Shown in pieces: positions 17,619-26,572 of a stretch of 64,000 nucleotides of DNA. How positions within the stretch are numbered: position 1 is the stretch's first letter; each line of letters starts with the position of its first letter. Made by a program: the position numbers and the translations under genes. Source of the DNA: a virus. A model generated the notes under the pieces. The model did no database searches, had not been told where the DNA came from, and was given only the letters and a program-made list of their open reading frames with translations. The stretch lies in the IMG/VR virus record IMGVR_UViG_3300008050_007409. One strand, written 5' to 3'.

Positions 17619-18398
17619 TCACTCCGAAGCTGTGGCTATCCAGGTGCTGACAATAACACCTTCCGAGGATGGATCGGGATCCCCATCCTCGTCGATGGCG
17701 TCAGGGTAGAGGAGATCTCCATCGAAGTCCCGGAAGACCGTGTTGGCGATGACCTTGAGGGCTGAGAGGGTCTCGGCGTTGGGATACTCGTAGGTCCAGG
17801 ACTCTTCGTAGTACACCGGGAAGCTGACCGCGACGGCGATGAAGTCCTCATCGGAATCGCCGGGCATGAGGGTGTGGGCCGGGGACTCCTCACCGATCCG
17901 GATCCGCAAGCCGATGTTGAAGAAGCCCGCCTGCTGCAGCGGAACCCTGTAGATCCGAATGGCCTTGGCGACGAGGAGTGCGAGCTTCTCGGCCTCCTCA
18001 CCGATCCGGCTGACACAGTGCACCGTGAACGACCCGCTGAGGAGGTCCGTCCTGGTTTCCTTGCCGGTGTCGAACTCCAGGTGCTGCAGCGAGTCAAGCG
18101 AAGTGTCTCCGTACCCGAAGGGGCCTCTCGAAATCATGATCGCGGGGCGCTTTTCCACGGTATCGGTATTGATCGCTCCGGCGACGCCAATGATCAGCTC
18201 GGTCTCGAGCTCCGACGTCTGCCCCGTCTCCTCCCCCGGCTCGTAGTGGAACAGATTTTCCCCGCTTGGCATCCCGTAGAAGAAGTCCTGCAGGAACCTC
18301 AGCAGGATGTCCTTCGTGTCGCTGAGCCAGTTCCCCGTCCTTGGGTTGTACGTCTGGATCAGCTCGTCGAACTCGGTCTGTCCGGATCGCAGAGCCAT
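17619..18398 (-). CDS. putative tail terminator/completion protein
   Basis: Position just upstream of the sheath; EKRPAIMISRG motif; acidic. Confidence 0.55.
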   Translation of the reverse strand: MALRSGQTEFDELIQTYNPRTGNWLSDTKDILLRFLQDFFYGMPSGENLFHYEPGEETGQTSELETELIIGVAGAINTDTVEKRPAIMISRGPFGYGDTSLDSLQHLEFDTGKETRTDLLSGSFTVHCVSRIGEEAEKLALLVAKAIRIYRVPLQQAGFFNIGLRIRIGEESPAHTLMPGDSDEDFIAVAVSFPVYYEESWTYEYPNAETLSALKVIANTVFRDFDGDLLYPDAIDEDGDPDPSSEGVIVSTWIATASE

Positions 18399-18993
18399 GA
18401 TGGGTGTACCTGTTCATCTGGGAGGTCAGACCGGACGTTAGCCCAGCAGCGAGGAGGGAGGCGAACAGCTTCGTCCGACTCGAGGCGGGGCCGGCCTTTC
18501 CCGTGATGGCCTTCCTGATCTTCGGGGCCAGGTAGCGTGCTCCGACGTAGCCGCCAGCGCCGCCAGCCAGTCCAGCTCCGGCCGCAGCTGCGTACCTCTG
18601 AGCCTTGGTGGCCTTCCTCTTCCGAGCCCCTGCGATCTTCTCCAGCTCCTCCCAGAAGGCAGCGGCGGACGCCACCGACACGGAGCTGGTCTTGATCTTC
18701 TGGACGCCGTGAGCTGCAGCGCCGCCACCGAACACGCCGTAGATGGCCAGAGCTCTTCGGCTCTTCTTCCTGGAGTCGGAGCTGGCCTTGACCATCTTGG
18801 AGCCCGCAGTGGCACCCAGGACGCCCCCCAGACCCCCTACAGCCCACTCACCAGCTGAAGCCAGGGCAGGGGTCTTCACGCCACGCGCCAGGTGCTTGCC
18901 GAGGCCGCCACCGATGGCACCTCCAGCGATCAAGCCAGCAGAGGTGGCCAGGAACCTCCTCCTCTTCTGCTTCTTGAGCTGCTCCCGGGTCAT
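18094..18993 (-). CDS. putative virion cargo protein with glycine-zipper segments
   Basis: AFWEELEKIA internal tag; several GxxxG hydrophobic stretches; the 3' 305 nt overlap the next gene. Confidence 0.6.
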   Translation of the reverse strand: MTREQLKKQKRRRFLATSAGLIAGGAIGGGLGKHLARGVKTPALASAGEWAVGGLGGVLGATAGSKMVKASSDSRKKSRRALAIYGVFGGGAAAHGVQKIKTSSVSVASAAAFWEELEKIAGARKRKATKAQRYAAAAGAGLAGGAGGYVGARYLAPKIRKAITGKAGPASSRTKLFASLLAAGLTSGLTSQMNRYTHHGSAIRTDRVRRADPDVQPKDGELAQRHEGHPAEVPAGLLLRDAKRGKSVPLRAGGGDGADVGARDRADHWRRRSDQYRYRGKAPRDHDFERPLRVRRHFA

Positions 18994-19913
18994 GTGTCGG
19001 TCACTCCGAGCTCGCGGGCCCGCTTGTAGTAGCTGTCGATGTCGGTCGCGGCGATGTGCTGCCGTGCCGGACTGGCCTTGAAGGGATCGATGGCCCAGTC
19101 CGACGAGTCGATGTCGATGTCGTACTCTACCTGATCACGGGACAGCTCACGAACCACGATGGTCTGGTGGGTGAGGGACCAGAGCTTCTCGGACCTCCCC
19201 ACGTTGATCACCCGCCACCGTCGACCGTCTGCGTCGATGACCAGGTCCCTGGGCTTGAGCCGCGGGGAGGCGCTGAAGACCATCACCGTGTCGTGCGGCT
19301 GCAGCTCCAGGACGCCGCCGATCGCCGCGACCTTCTTGTCGGGCGCCTTCATGCAGTAGGTCTCCTTGGGGGAGAAGTACCCGCTGGTGATCCCGGTGTC
19401 GTAGCAGCTGGTGCAGCCGGACTTGTTCCGACGCCGCTTCAGGTGGTCCCAGCACTCGCTGCAGCGCGTCCCCCAGGTCCTCTGGGTCAGGGCCAGGACC
19501 TTCCGGCCGCTGTACTCCTTCAGCATCAGGTTGAAGCGCCTGACCGCCTCCAAGGCACCCAGGTCAGGTGGGGACTCCATGACCACACCGCCGGCGTAGT
19601 CGCCCTGGACCACCGAGTCCGGATCTGCGGAGCCGAAGTCGAGGGTCTCCCCATCGGAGCTCCGCGTCACTCGGATGCGGTAGAAGTGCTCCCTCCACTT
19701 CGAGTGGAGGTTGACGGTGGTGTCCTCGAGCTCGTCCTTGGCCTCGGCTGAGAAGGATGAGCTGACCTCCTCGTACTCGCCTGCAGCAGAGTCCGACCGC
19801 AGGATCGTGAGCGTGAAGTCCGCCAGGTCCTTGGTCGTGTTGCGGATCTCCCAGGAGATCGTCAGGCTGTCACGAGAGAGAGTCCAGACCCGGATGTTCG
19901 TGATGATGATCAC
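18990..19913 (-). CDS. head closure/neck protein
   Basis: N-terminal Fn3-like beta domain; RCSECWD...CTSCYDTG..GY; PRLKPRDLVID...RWRV. Confidence 0.6.
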   Translation of the reverse strand: MIIITNIRVWTLSRDSLTISWEIRNTTKDLADFTLTILRSDSAAGEYEEVSSSFSAEAKDELEDTTVNLHSKWREHFYRIRVTRSSDGETLDFGSADPDSVVQGDYAGGVVMESPPDLGALEAVRRFNLMLKEYSGRKVLALTQRTWGTRCSECWDHLKRRRNKSGCTSCYDTGITSGYFSPKETYCMKAPDKKVAAIGGVLELQPHDTVMVFSASPRLKPRDLVIDADGRRWRVINVGRSEKLWSLTHQTIVVRELSRDQVEYDIDIDSSDWAIDPFKASPARQHIAATDIDSYYKRARELGVTDT

Positions 19914-19935
19914 GGATCACCTCCGGTTGGGTGAT

Positions 19936-20970
19936 CTACTTCTTGGACTTGGTCCGACTCGCTGCGGACTGGGCCTGGGCCATGCGAGCCCGAAGCTGAT
20001 GGATCGTGTGCCGCTGTCCGGCCTGGAAGCCTCGACGGGCCCCGGCCATGTAGCCGGCACGCATGCCCTCCTGCTGTCCGGTCCTCCGGCCCTTCTTGTG
20101 ACCGGTGTAGGTGCCTCCGGCCGTGCCGACGACTCCGAGGCCGCCCATGGCTGCCAGAGCGCCTCGACCCGCCTGGGCTCTGGCGATCTTCTCGATCTCC
20201 TCCAGTTCGGAGAAGAAGGCGTCGACGGTGTGCTGTGGAAGGGACATGGTGTGATCCTCGGAGGTCTTGATCTTCGGCTTGGCGTTGTTCCCGAAGTCCT
20301 TCTTGAGCCTCCGGTAGGCGAGGGTGGCTACCCCTCCAAGAGCCAGTCCGCCGCCGAGAGCGCCCAGAGTCTTGCTGCTGACCAGATTTGCTGCAGCTGT
20401 CTTGCTGAAGCCCATCTGTTCCAGGCGCCAGCCTGCCAGATCGGCGTCGAGTTCAGCACGCTTGATGCTGATCTGATCGTCCTTCCGCCAGCGCTCGCTG
20501 TCGGCCATGCTGCGCTTGCGGCGGTCGATCTCTCGTCGGGCGTCGTCGACCTCGAGGGCCATCGCCGTCTTGTAGAAGGGGGAGCCCTTGAAGTAGTCGG
20601 ACCACTCCTTGAACGACCGGTAGCGGCACTCGGCCAGCTTCTCGGCGAAGGCGCTCTTCTCCTTCCCCTCCTGGCTGTGCGTCCAGTCGGTGAGGCTCTG
20701 CTCGAGCGAGGCGATCTTCGTCTCGAACTTGGCGTCCTCCAGGCGCTCCTCTGCCCTACGGACACGTAGGGCAGCGTCCTGAGTCCGGTCGCCAGCTGCA
20801 GACACCTCGAGGGCCTTCGCCTTCTTGAGGAAGGGAGTGCCCTCGAACTTCTTCAGCCAGTGATCTTCACCGGCGGTGGACGGGATGGCCTCACTGCACA
20901 CGCCCAGAGGACGTGACCAGATCCGGGCGGTCTTCTCCAGCCCAGAGACCTTGAGGTAGGCGTCCAGCAC
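19936..20970 (-). CDS. putative virion cargo protein (KxA motifs, internal repeat)
   Basis: LEKTA, FSKTAA, AFFSELEEIEKIA; repeated F.G.PF.K.A.ALEV unit. Confidence 0.65.
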   Translation of the reverse strand: MLDAYLKVSGLEKTARIWSRPLGVCSEAIPSTAGEDHWLKKFEGTPFLKKAKALEVSAAGDRTQDAALRVRRAEERLEDAKFETKIASLEQSLTDWTHSQEGKEKSAFAEKLAECRYRSFKEWSDYFKGSPFYKTAMALEVDDARREIDRRKRSMADSERWRKDDQISIKRAELDADLAGWRLEQMGFSKTAAANLVSSKTLGALGGGLALGGVATLAYRRLKKDFGNNAKPKIKTSEDHTMSLPQHTVDAFFSELEEIEKIARAQAGRGALAAMGGLGVVGTAGGTYTGHKKGRRTGQQEGMRAGYMAGARRGFQAGQRHTIHQLRARMAQAQSAASRTKSKK

Positions 20971-20979
20971 GGGCGCCTC

Positions 20980-21366
20980 CTACAGCTGGATGCCGCGCCG
21001 AGCGAGCTCCGCCTGGATCGCCTGCTTGGCCGCAGCCCGCTGGTCGATCTCGGTCGCGCCGTCCACGTTGGCGAAGAACGCCTCCAGGGCACTCGGATCG
21101 CCTTCGGCGGCAGCCTTCTCCATCTCGGAGAACTCGGCCTGGGCGACGTGTCGTCCTGCGGCGTCGAAGTCGATGAGGGAGCCCAGGACATTCTCGTGCG
21201 CGGCAGCGGTCTTCTGGAGATCGCCGTCGTCGTCGGAGACGATCATGAGGGCCAGGTCGCTGAGCGTGTCCGGCAGATCGTCGGAGGTCACGCCTTCGGG
21301 CAGCTCGGCGGCGACCTTCTCCAGGCCCCCGTGCGTGCTGTAGATGTTGGCGAGGAGCACGTTCAT
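20980..21366 (-). CDS. small acidic head/scaffold-type protein (KxA motifs)
   Basis: LEKVAA, LQKTAA, FSEMEKAA. Confidence 0.7.
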   Translation of the reverse strand: MNVLLANIYSTHGGLEKVAAELPEGVTSDDLPDTLSDLALMIVSDDDGDLQKTAAAHENVLGSLIDFDAAGRHVAQAEFSEMEKAAAEGDPSALEAFFANVDGATEIDQRAAAKQAIQAELARRGIQL

Positions 21367-21404
21367 GTGATCAGATCCTCAAGAGGTGGTTGGTGGGACC
21401 AGCC

Positions 21405-21431
21405 TGAGGGACGCCCTTGCGGACATCCCTC
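21405..21431 (-). terminator. stem-loop after the 21440 gene (GCAA tetraloop)
   Basis: GAGGGATGTCC-GCAA-GGGCGTCCCTC on the - strand; no U tract, so it may be a stability hairpin. Confidence 0.45.
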
Positions 21432-21439
21432 AAGTCAGA

Positions 21440-22192
21440 TCAGCCGTTGCGGCGGGCGAGGTGCATGCCGCCGGCGCCGAGGGCGGTGCCTCCGAGACCC
21501 ATGAGCGCGAGCTTGCCGCGGGTGCTGCCGGCGCCCTTGCGAGCGAGAGCGGCCCACTTCTTCGGCTGGCCCTTGTACTGGCGGAACTTCTCACCGCGCT
21601 TGAAGGCGGCCTGGGCCTTGCGGGAGGCGTCGGCGTCCATGCCCCTCAGGCCCGTGCCCTTCTGCTTGCCCTTGCGGCCCTTGCGGTACTCGATCTGCTG
21701 GGCCTTCTGCTTCTTGGACATCTGGCGGAGGGGCTTCCACGAGCCATCGGGCATCTGGGAGGCGACCTTCTCGACGTCCTCGATGAGCTCGTACTCACCC
21801 GACTCGATGAGCTCCATCATGGTCTCGCCGTCGATGTCGTCCAGGTCGATGAAGTCGGGGCCGGCGGTCTTGTTCAGCTCGTCGTTGTAGGCGTGGGCCA
21901 TGATCCGACCGGCCATGTCCCAGTACTCGGCGGAGCCGTCGGAGGCCATCTTGCTGAGGACCTCACCACCGTCGTCGACCTCGTCCATGAGCTCCAGGAG
22001 CTCGGTACCGGTCAGCTGGGTCAGATCGATCTCGTCGTCACCGGCCTCCTTGTCCATGCCGTCCAGCACGATCTGCCCCGACTCGATGCCGGCGAGGAGA
22101 TCGGCACCGCTGATGGTGTCGAGGTCGATGGTGTTGTCGGACGCGGTCTTGTCGAAGCCGCGGCCGTAGATCTGAGCGAGGACGGGGTTCAT
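21440..22192 (-). CDS. head/scaffold-type protein with acidic repeats and basic C-terminus
   Basis: Repeated IDLD.I.G..L..L units separated by DKTAS, DKEAG, SKMAS, NKTAG, EKVAS. Confidence 0.7.
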   Translation of the reverse strand: MNPVLAQIYGRGFDKTASDNTIDLDTISGADLLAGIESGQIVLDGMDKEAGDDEIDLTQLTGTELLELMDEVDDGGEVLSKMASDGSAEYWDMAGRIMAHAYNDELNKTAGPDFIDLDDIDGETMMELIESGEYELIEDVEKVASQMPDGSWKPLRQMSKKQKAQQIEYRKGRKGKQKGTGLRGMDADASRKAQAAFKRGEKFRQYKGQPKKWAALARKGAGSTRGKLALMGLGGTALGAGGMHLARRNG

Positions 22193-22242
22193 GGTGTCAC
22201 TCCAGGAAGGTGTCAAGAGGGTAGCGAGGTGGTCCGATCACG

Positions 22243-22719
22243 TCAAGCCGTGCCGTGCCATCCGTGGATCCAACCATACTCTGATCCGATGCCAGCGCCC
22301 CAGCCACCCTGGATGTTCAGGGCGATCTTCAGCTCCTTGATGGCCTGGCGCGAGACCGGGCCCATCGAACGGAACATCTGGATCCAACGCTGGTAGCGGG
22401 AATCGTGCTCCTCCGTCTGCACCTGGAAGCCGCCGTCGCTGTACGCGAAGGAGTTGCGGCTCTTGAGGATGCCCACGGAGGTGAGGAGGTTGATCACGGT
22501 GAGGTGCAGAAGGACAGAACGGGAGGGGAAGTTGGCGATGCCGTGGCCGGACAGGGGAGGGGTGGTGTTCCACTCGTCCACAGCCAGGGTGGCGCAGTAG
22601 CGGATCATCCGATCACTGGACTCCTCTCCCGAGATCAGCCGGTTCAACGGGGGGAAGTCACGCATGAAGGCGCGGACTTCTCCGACGAACTGGTTCTCTG
22701 TGAGGGGAGGAGTGCTCAT
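22243..22719 (-). CDS. head-tail adaptor/connector
   Basis: VRAFMRD.P.LNRL...ESSD..I...AVDEWN helical pattern; downstream of the capsid gene. Confidence 0.6.
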   Translation of the reverse strand: MSTPPLTENQFVGEVRAFMRDFPPLNRLISGEESSDRMIRYCATLAVDEWNTTPPLSGHGIANFPSRSVLLHLTVINLLTSVGILKSRNSFAYSDGGFQVQTEEHDSRYQRWIQMFRSMGPVSRQAIKELKIALNIQGGWGAGIGSEYGWIHGWHGTA

Positions 22720-22723
22720 GGGA

Positions 22724-22915
22724 TCAGACGGCCCGGATCTGGACCATGCCCTTCTTGTTGGAGGCGACGATCTTGATCCGTCCGCGGGTCTCCATCTTCC
22801 GCTCACGCGATCCGATGGCACCCGCCTTGACGGTGAGGGTCTGCCCCTTGCGGAGCATCTTGCCACAGACGGACACCGAGGAGACCGTCCGGGACTTGAG
22901 ATCCTGGCGAGCCAT
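22724..22915 (-). CDS. small basic protein
   Basis: Coupled ORF with AAGGAG RBS. Confidence 0.6.
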   Translation of the reverse strand: MARQDLKSRTVSSVSVCGKMLRKGQTLTVKAGAIGSRERKMETRGRIKIVASNKKGMVQIRAV

Positions 22916-23517
22916 CAGGCTGCTCCTTGGTGAGAGAGGATGCGCTCCACGATCTCGTCCTTGGAGCCGTTGGCGGCGAGGCCGAGGCTCTTGGAGAGGG
23001 GCTGGAGCTCGTTGCGGTAGTGCATGCCCTCGAGGTCGGCCTTGGAGAAGACGTGGGCAGCCTCTTCAGGCTCGTCATCCTCTTCGGGCTCATCCTCGAC
23101 GACAGGCTCGGGATCTTCCTCGACCACGGGGGCCGGGGGATCAGCGGGAGGTGCCGGAGGGTCTTCCGGCACAGGGGGCTCGTCTTCACCCGAAGGCTCG
23201 ACGGGCTCGATCACGTTCTCGTCCTGCTCGGGAGCGGACTCGACGGTCTCTTCCTGGGGAGGGGACTCCTCCGACTCGTCCGCGAAGCGCTGGTCCAGGT
23301 AGGCCTGGACCTCGGCCATCGTGGTGCCCTCGCAGTCGACGACCTTGAGGCGCTGGAGCCGGAGCAGCTTGGTGACCTGCCCACCCGTGAAGGTGACCTC
23401 GTCGAGCCACATCTCCCCAGCCGCGACCGACCGAGACGGACGACTGGCTCGAAGGACTCTGCCTTCGAGGTTGATCGTCCGGCGAGGCCGGTTGTTGCGC
23501 ACCAGGAAGCGGGGCAC
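22915..23517 (-). CDS. protein with acidic linker and C-terminal SAP/HeH-like domain
   Basis: LEGMHYRNELQPLSKSLGLAANGSKDEIVERIL. Confidence 0.65.
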   Translation of the reverse strand: MPRFLVRNNRPRRTINLEGRVLRASRPSRSVAAGEMWLDEVTFTGGQVTKLLRLQRLKVVDCEGTTMAEVQAYLDQRFADESEESPPQEETVESAPEQDENVIEPVEPSGEDEPPVPEDPPAPPADPPAPVVEEDPEPVVEDEPEEDDEPEEAAHVFSKADLEGMHYRNELQPLSKSLGLAANGSKDEIVERILSHQGAA

Positions 23518-23533
23518 GGAGGACCTCCGAGGA

Positions 23534-24583
23534 TCAGTACTGGCTGATGGCGGGGTAGGTGACCCCGTCGGCGGCCTGGTTGTAGACCGTGGTGCCCACG
23601 GCCGACTCGGCGATCAGGGAGTCGCTGGAGTCGTCGCCGCCGCCCTGCCCGTTGTAGAGCTCGAGCTTGGCGATGGACGCCACGTTGCCGATGCCGATCC
23701 CGATGTCCTCCCAGGCCTGGAACATGATCAGGTTGGCGACCTTGTCCAGGTAGAACTTCGTCGAGTTCAGGATGAGGAACTTGCCGATCCACTCCGGGCT
23801 GGTGAACCCGTAGATGTTGCCGGTCTCGAGGATGTCGGTCTTGATCGTGCGGACGACCAGGCGGCCCAGGATCTTGTCGTAGGTGTAGCCCTCGACGATG
23901 ACCTTGCTGGCGACGGAGTCACCGAAGTCCTCGACGGTCCACAGCATGACGTCGTCCCAGTCCTCCTCGTTCATGAGGACCTTCTCCAGGCGGCGGCGCC
24001 GGCCGTCGAGCTGCTTGAACAGCTTGACCAGGTCGCCCTTCTGGATGGTGCCTCGGAGGCCGTTGCCCGAGCCGTTCTCGGTCGCGTCGTCGGTCGCCTG
24101 CTCGCCGCGGACGACGTAGCCCGTGGCGGTGACGGCGGCGTCGATGTGGACCAGGAAGCGGTAGTCCTCGATCTCCTGGATGTCCTTGACGGAGTTGTCC
24201 TCGATCACCTTGGTGATGGGCATCCGGTAGGCCAGGAGCTCCTGCTCGGGCTTCTCGAAGCGCTCGCTGGAGATCGTGTAGAAGGCGATCTCGTACCGCT
24301 CGCCCGAGATCAGACGCGACGTGGGCTGACCGCGGAAGGTCATGCTCATGGCACGGCTGTTGGGCTCGATCTCGTCGATGAACACCAGCGTGTCGTGGTT
24401 GACACTGCGCTGGCACTCGCTCGGCTGCACCATCTTGGGGGGCAGGATCTTGCGGGCGAAGCTGTTCTCGCGCAGCTTGTCGCGCACGTAGGACTGGGCC
24501 TTCGCGGCGACCTTCTCCTTGCCTTCGGCGGTGGAGAGGTGCGCGGTGAAGAGCTGGTTCAGGGTTGCGGTCTGAGCATCCAT
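23534..24583 (-). CDS. major capsid protein (HK97 fold)
   Basis: VRDKLRENSFARKILPP, FYTISS..F, IQEIED..FL and C-terminal AWEDIGIGIGN..SIAKL; strong codon bias; follows protease, scaffold and decoration genes. Confidence 0.85.
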   Translation of the reverse strand: MDAQTATLNQLFTAHLSTAEGKEKVAAKAQSYVRDKLRENSFARKILPPKMVQPSECQRSVNHDTLVFIDEIEPNSRAMSMTFRGQPTSRLISGERYEIAFYTISSERFEKPEQELLAYRMPITKVIEDNSVKDIQEIEDYRFLVHIDAAVTATGYVVRGEQATDDATENGSGNGLRGTIQKGDLVKLFKQLDGRRRRLEKVLMNEEDWDDVMLWTVEDFGDSVASKVIVEGYTYDKILGRLVVRTIKTDILETGNIYGFTSPEWIGKFLILNSTKFYLDKVANLIMFQAWEDIGIGIGNVASIAKLELYNGQGGGDDSSDSLIAESAVGTTVYNQAADGVTYPAISQY

Positions 24584-24638
24584 GATGGGGTCCGTCTCCA
24601 GGAAGTCGGTAGAAGCTGAGGTGAGGGGGAGACCCCGA

Positions 24639-25109
24639 TCAGTCGTTGATCAGGTGGGGCGAGTGGCAGTGGACGCGGAGCAGATCGTCGTTGTTGTCCG
24701 GATCCAGGGTCACCACACCGTAGGAGTAGTGGCTGCCTGCGGTGAGCTCGCTCACCGGCCGGAAGACGCAGCGGGTGGCTCCGTCGACGGTCTGCTGATC
24801 GAGCCCGACCTCGACACCGATCGCGTAGGTGTCGGAGGTCAGGTACATGTCCGTGTCGACCTCGAAGTCGCGGGACATGATGATGCAGACCTTGCCGAGC
24901 GCCTGGGCGTCCGTGCTCCCCTTGGGGGTGAAGAGCATGTAGGCGTTGGCCTCATCCGAGTCCGCCCGGACCAGCTTGGCGCTGGTGTTGAGGGACATCC
25001 ACTCGCCGTGGACCAGACAGTCGCTGTCGGTCGGGTCGAGAAGGTCGGTGTCGGCCACGTCGTAGTCGCGTCGGTGCGCGGAGTTGACGAAAGTGACGAG
25101 CTTCATCAT
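24639..25109 (-). CDS. putative capsid decoration/cement protein
   Basis: Small beta-rich protein immediately upstream of the MCP gene. Confidence 0.55.
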   Translation of the reverse strand: MMKLVTFVNSAHRRDYDVADTDLLDPTDSDCLVHGEWMSLNTSAKLVRADSDEANAYMLFTPKGSTDAQALGKVCIIMSRDFEVDTDMYLTSDTYAIGVEVGLDQQTVDGATRCVFRPVSELTAGSHYSYGVVTLDPDNNDDLLRVHCHSPHLIND

Positions 25110-25169
25110 GGCGAGGGCTCCTGGAGTTCTTGCGGAGAGGGTATCTGATCTGAGCGCAGGAGGGAAGTC

Positions 25170-25547
25170 CTACACGTGATCCGAGGTGAGAAGGAAGTTG
25201 GTGAAGCGGCCTTCGGCGGTGTCGCCGTCCCCCAGCTCGGTCTCGGAAGCGGACTTGACCAGTTCGCTGCCCAGAGGGACGCCGGCGCCGTTGTTGCGGG
25301 CCACGAAGTCCTCGACCATCGCCAGGTCCTTGTCGCCGGAGGCGAGCTCGGTGGCGTAGGCCTCGGCGTTGTCCTCGGACATGATGCCACGGTCGACCGC
25401 GATGCTCGCGATCTTCTCCGCATGGGAGTGACGGTCCTTGTCGGCCAGCTGACGCTTGAGCTCCGCGTTCTCGGTCTCGAGAGACCGGATCACGTGGGCG
25501 CTCTTGATCATCAGATGGTTCAGATCAGCGGCTGCGATCTTCTGCAT
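25170..25547 (-). CDS. putative scaffolding protein
   Basis: Coiled coil; QKIAA, EKIAS, VKSAS motifs. Confidence 0.6.
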   Translation of the reverse strand: MQKIAAADLNHLMIKSAHVIRSLETENAELKRQLADKDRHSHAEKIASIAVDRGIMSEDNAEAYATELASGDKDLAMVEDFVARNNGAGVPLGSELVKSASETELGDGDTAEGRFTNFLLTSDHV

Positions 25548-25549
25548 GA

Positions 25550-26161
25550 TCAGACTCCCTGCTCAGCCCGCTTCTTGGCCAGGGCAGCGCGGAGGCGCTC
25601 CTTGTCCGAAGCGGTCTTGACGTTGATGTTCTTGTCGCCCTTGCCGGAGGCACCGGTCAGGTTCTCCTTCAGCTTCTTGTCGGCGAAGGGCTCCGCGTCG
25701 AAGAGCGCCGACAGATCGGCGTTGACCTGCTTGGCCTTCTCCTTCTTGTCGAAGCCGATCGCAGCCTGGGAGCTGGCGAGAGCGGGGTGGTGCGTCTGGC
25801 CGTCGCCGCGGGGCTTGGGCTGTTCGCCCCCGCCACCGGGCTTGTCGCCAGCGTTGTTGGAGGGATCCTTCCCTCCGTCAACCATCGGAGGAGCTCCCTT
25901 GTGGGGCTTCTGCGTGGACTGCTTGTGATCCGCGTGGCGCACACCGTGGTTGGTGCCGGGGGGCGGAGCGGCGCCTGCACCCTTGACCATGTTCTCGACG
26001 CCGCGGCGACCGATGAACTCGAGGGTGGTGGCGATCTTCTCGGCCTCGGTGACCGTCGACGTGGAGCGCCGTGTGGAGGCGACCTTCACCTGGGTGGGAT
26101 CACCCGAGGGGGCGTCGTCCCCATAGACGGCCTTCTGGATCATTTGATCGATCGTCGGCAT
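25550..26161 (-). CDS. head/scaffold-type protein (KxA motifs)
   Basis: VKVAS, EKIAT, VKTAS; low complexity. Confidence 0.65.
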   Translation of the reverse strand: MPTIDQMIQKAVYGDDAPSGDPTQVKVASTRRSTSTVTEAEKIATTLEFIGRRGVENMVKGAGAAPPPGTNHGVRHADHKQSTQKPHKGAPPMVDGGKDPSNNAGDKPGGGGEQPKPRGDGQTHHPALASSQAAIGFDKKEKAKQVNADLSALFDAEPFADKKLKENLTGASGKGDKNINVKTASDKERLRAALAKKRAEQGV

Positions 26162-26177
26162 GGTGCAGGTCTCCAGA

Positions 26178-26564
26178 TCAGCTGAGGCAGGAGGAGCAGA
26201 TGGAGGCGCCCTGGACGTCCAGGGGGTTCTCCTTGCAGACCCGGCAGTTGCCGTTGATCATGGCGATCTTGATCTGCCCGAGCTCGTGGAAGGCGGCGTG
26301 AGCCATGACCTGGCCACCGAGGGCGTCGAACGCGGCCTTCTCCATCTCGACATCACCGACGCCTTCGTCGACCTCGATGCCGTGATCCTGGGCGAGCTTG
26401 GTGAGCTCCTCCAGGGAGAGCTCGTCGAAGGGGTTCTCGTCGACACCCTCCTGACCCTCGTTGAGTGCGTCGAAGAGTCGGGCTTCCGCCGTCTTCTCGA
26501 TGGCCGCCTCGTCACCCGAGGCCTCGTTGTAGATGTTGTCCAGAAGGGAGGAGATCTGCTGCAT
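26178..26564 (-). CDS. small acidic head protein with C-terminal zinc finger
   Basis: EKTAE, EKAAF; CRVC...CSSC. Confidence 0.65.
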   Translation of the reverse strand: MQQISSLLDNIYNEASGDEAAIEKTAEARLFDALNEGQEGVDENPFDELSLEELTKLAQDHGIEVDEGVGDVEMEKAAFDALGGQVMAHAAFHELGQIKIAMINGNCRVCKENPLDVQGASICSSCLS

Positions 26565-26572
26565 GATGTCCT

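Noticed and set aside
18094-18398. Long same-strand overlaps (also 10430-10596, 34177-34289) as functional overprinting
   Set aside because: The extensions look like run-on tails in a stop-poor GC-rich genome, with no motif evidence.
23534-24583. Encapsulin nanocompartment or contractile injection system rather than phage
   Set aside because: Portal, terminase, prohead protease and a full replication module are present.
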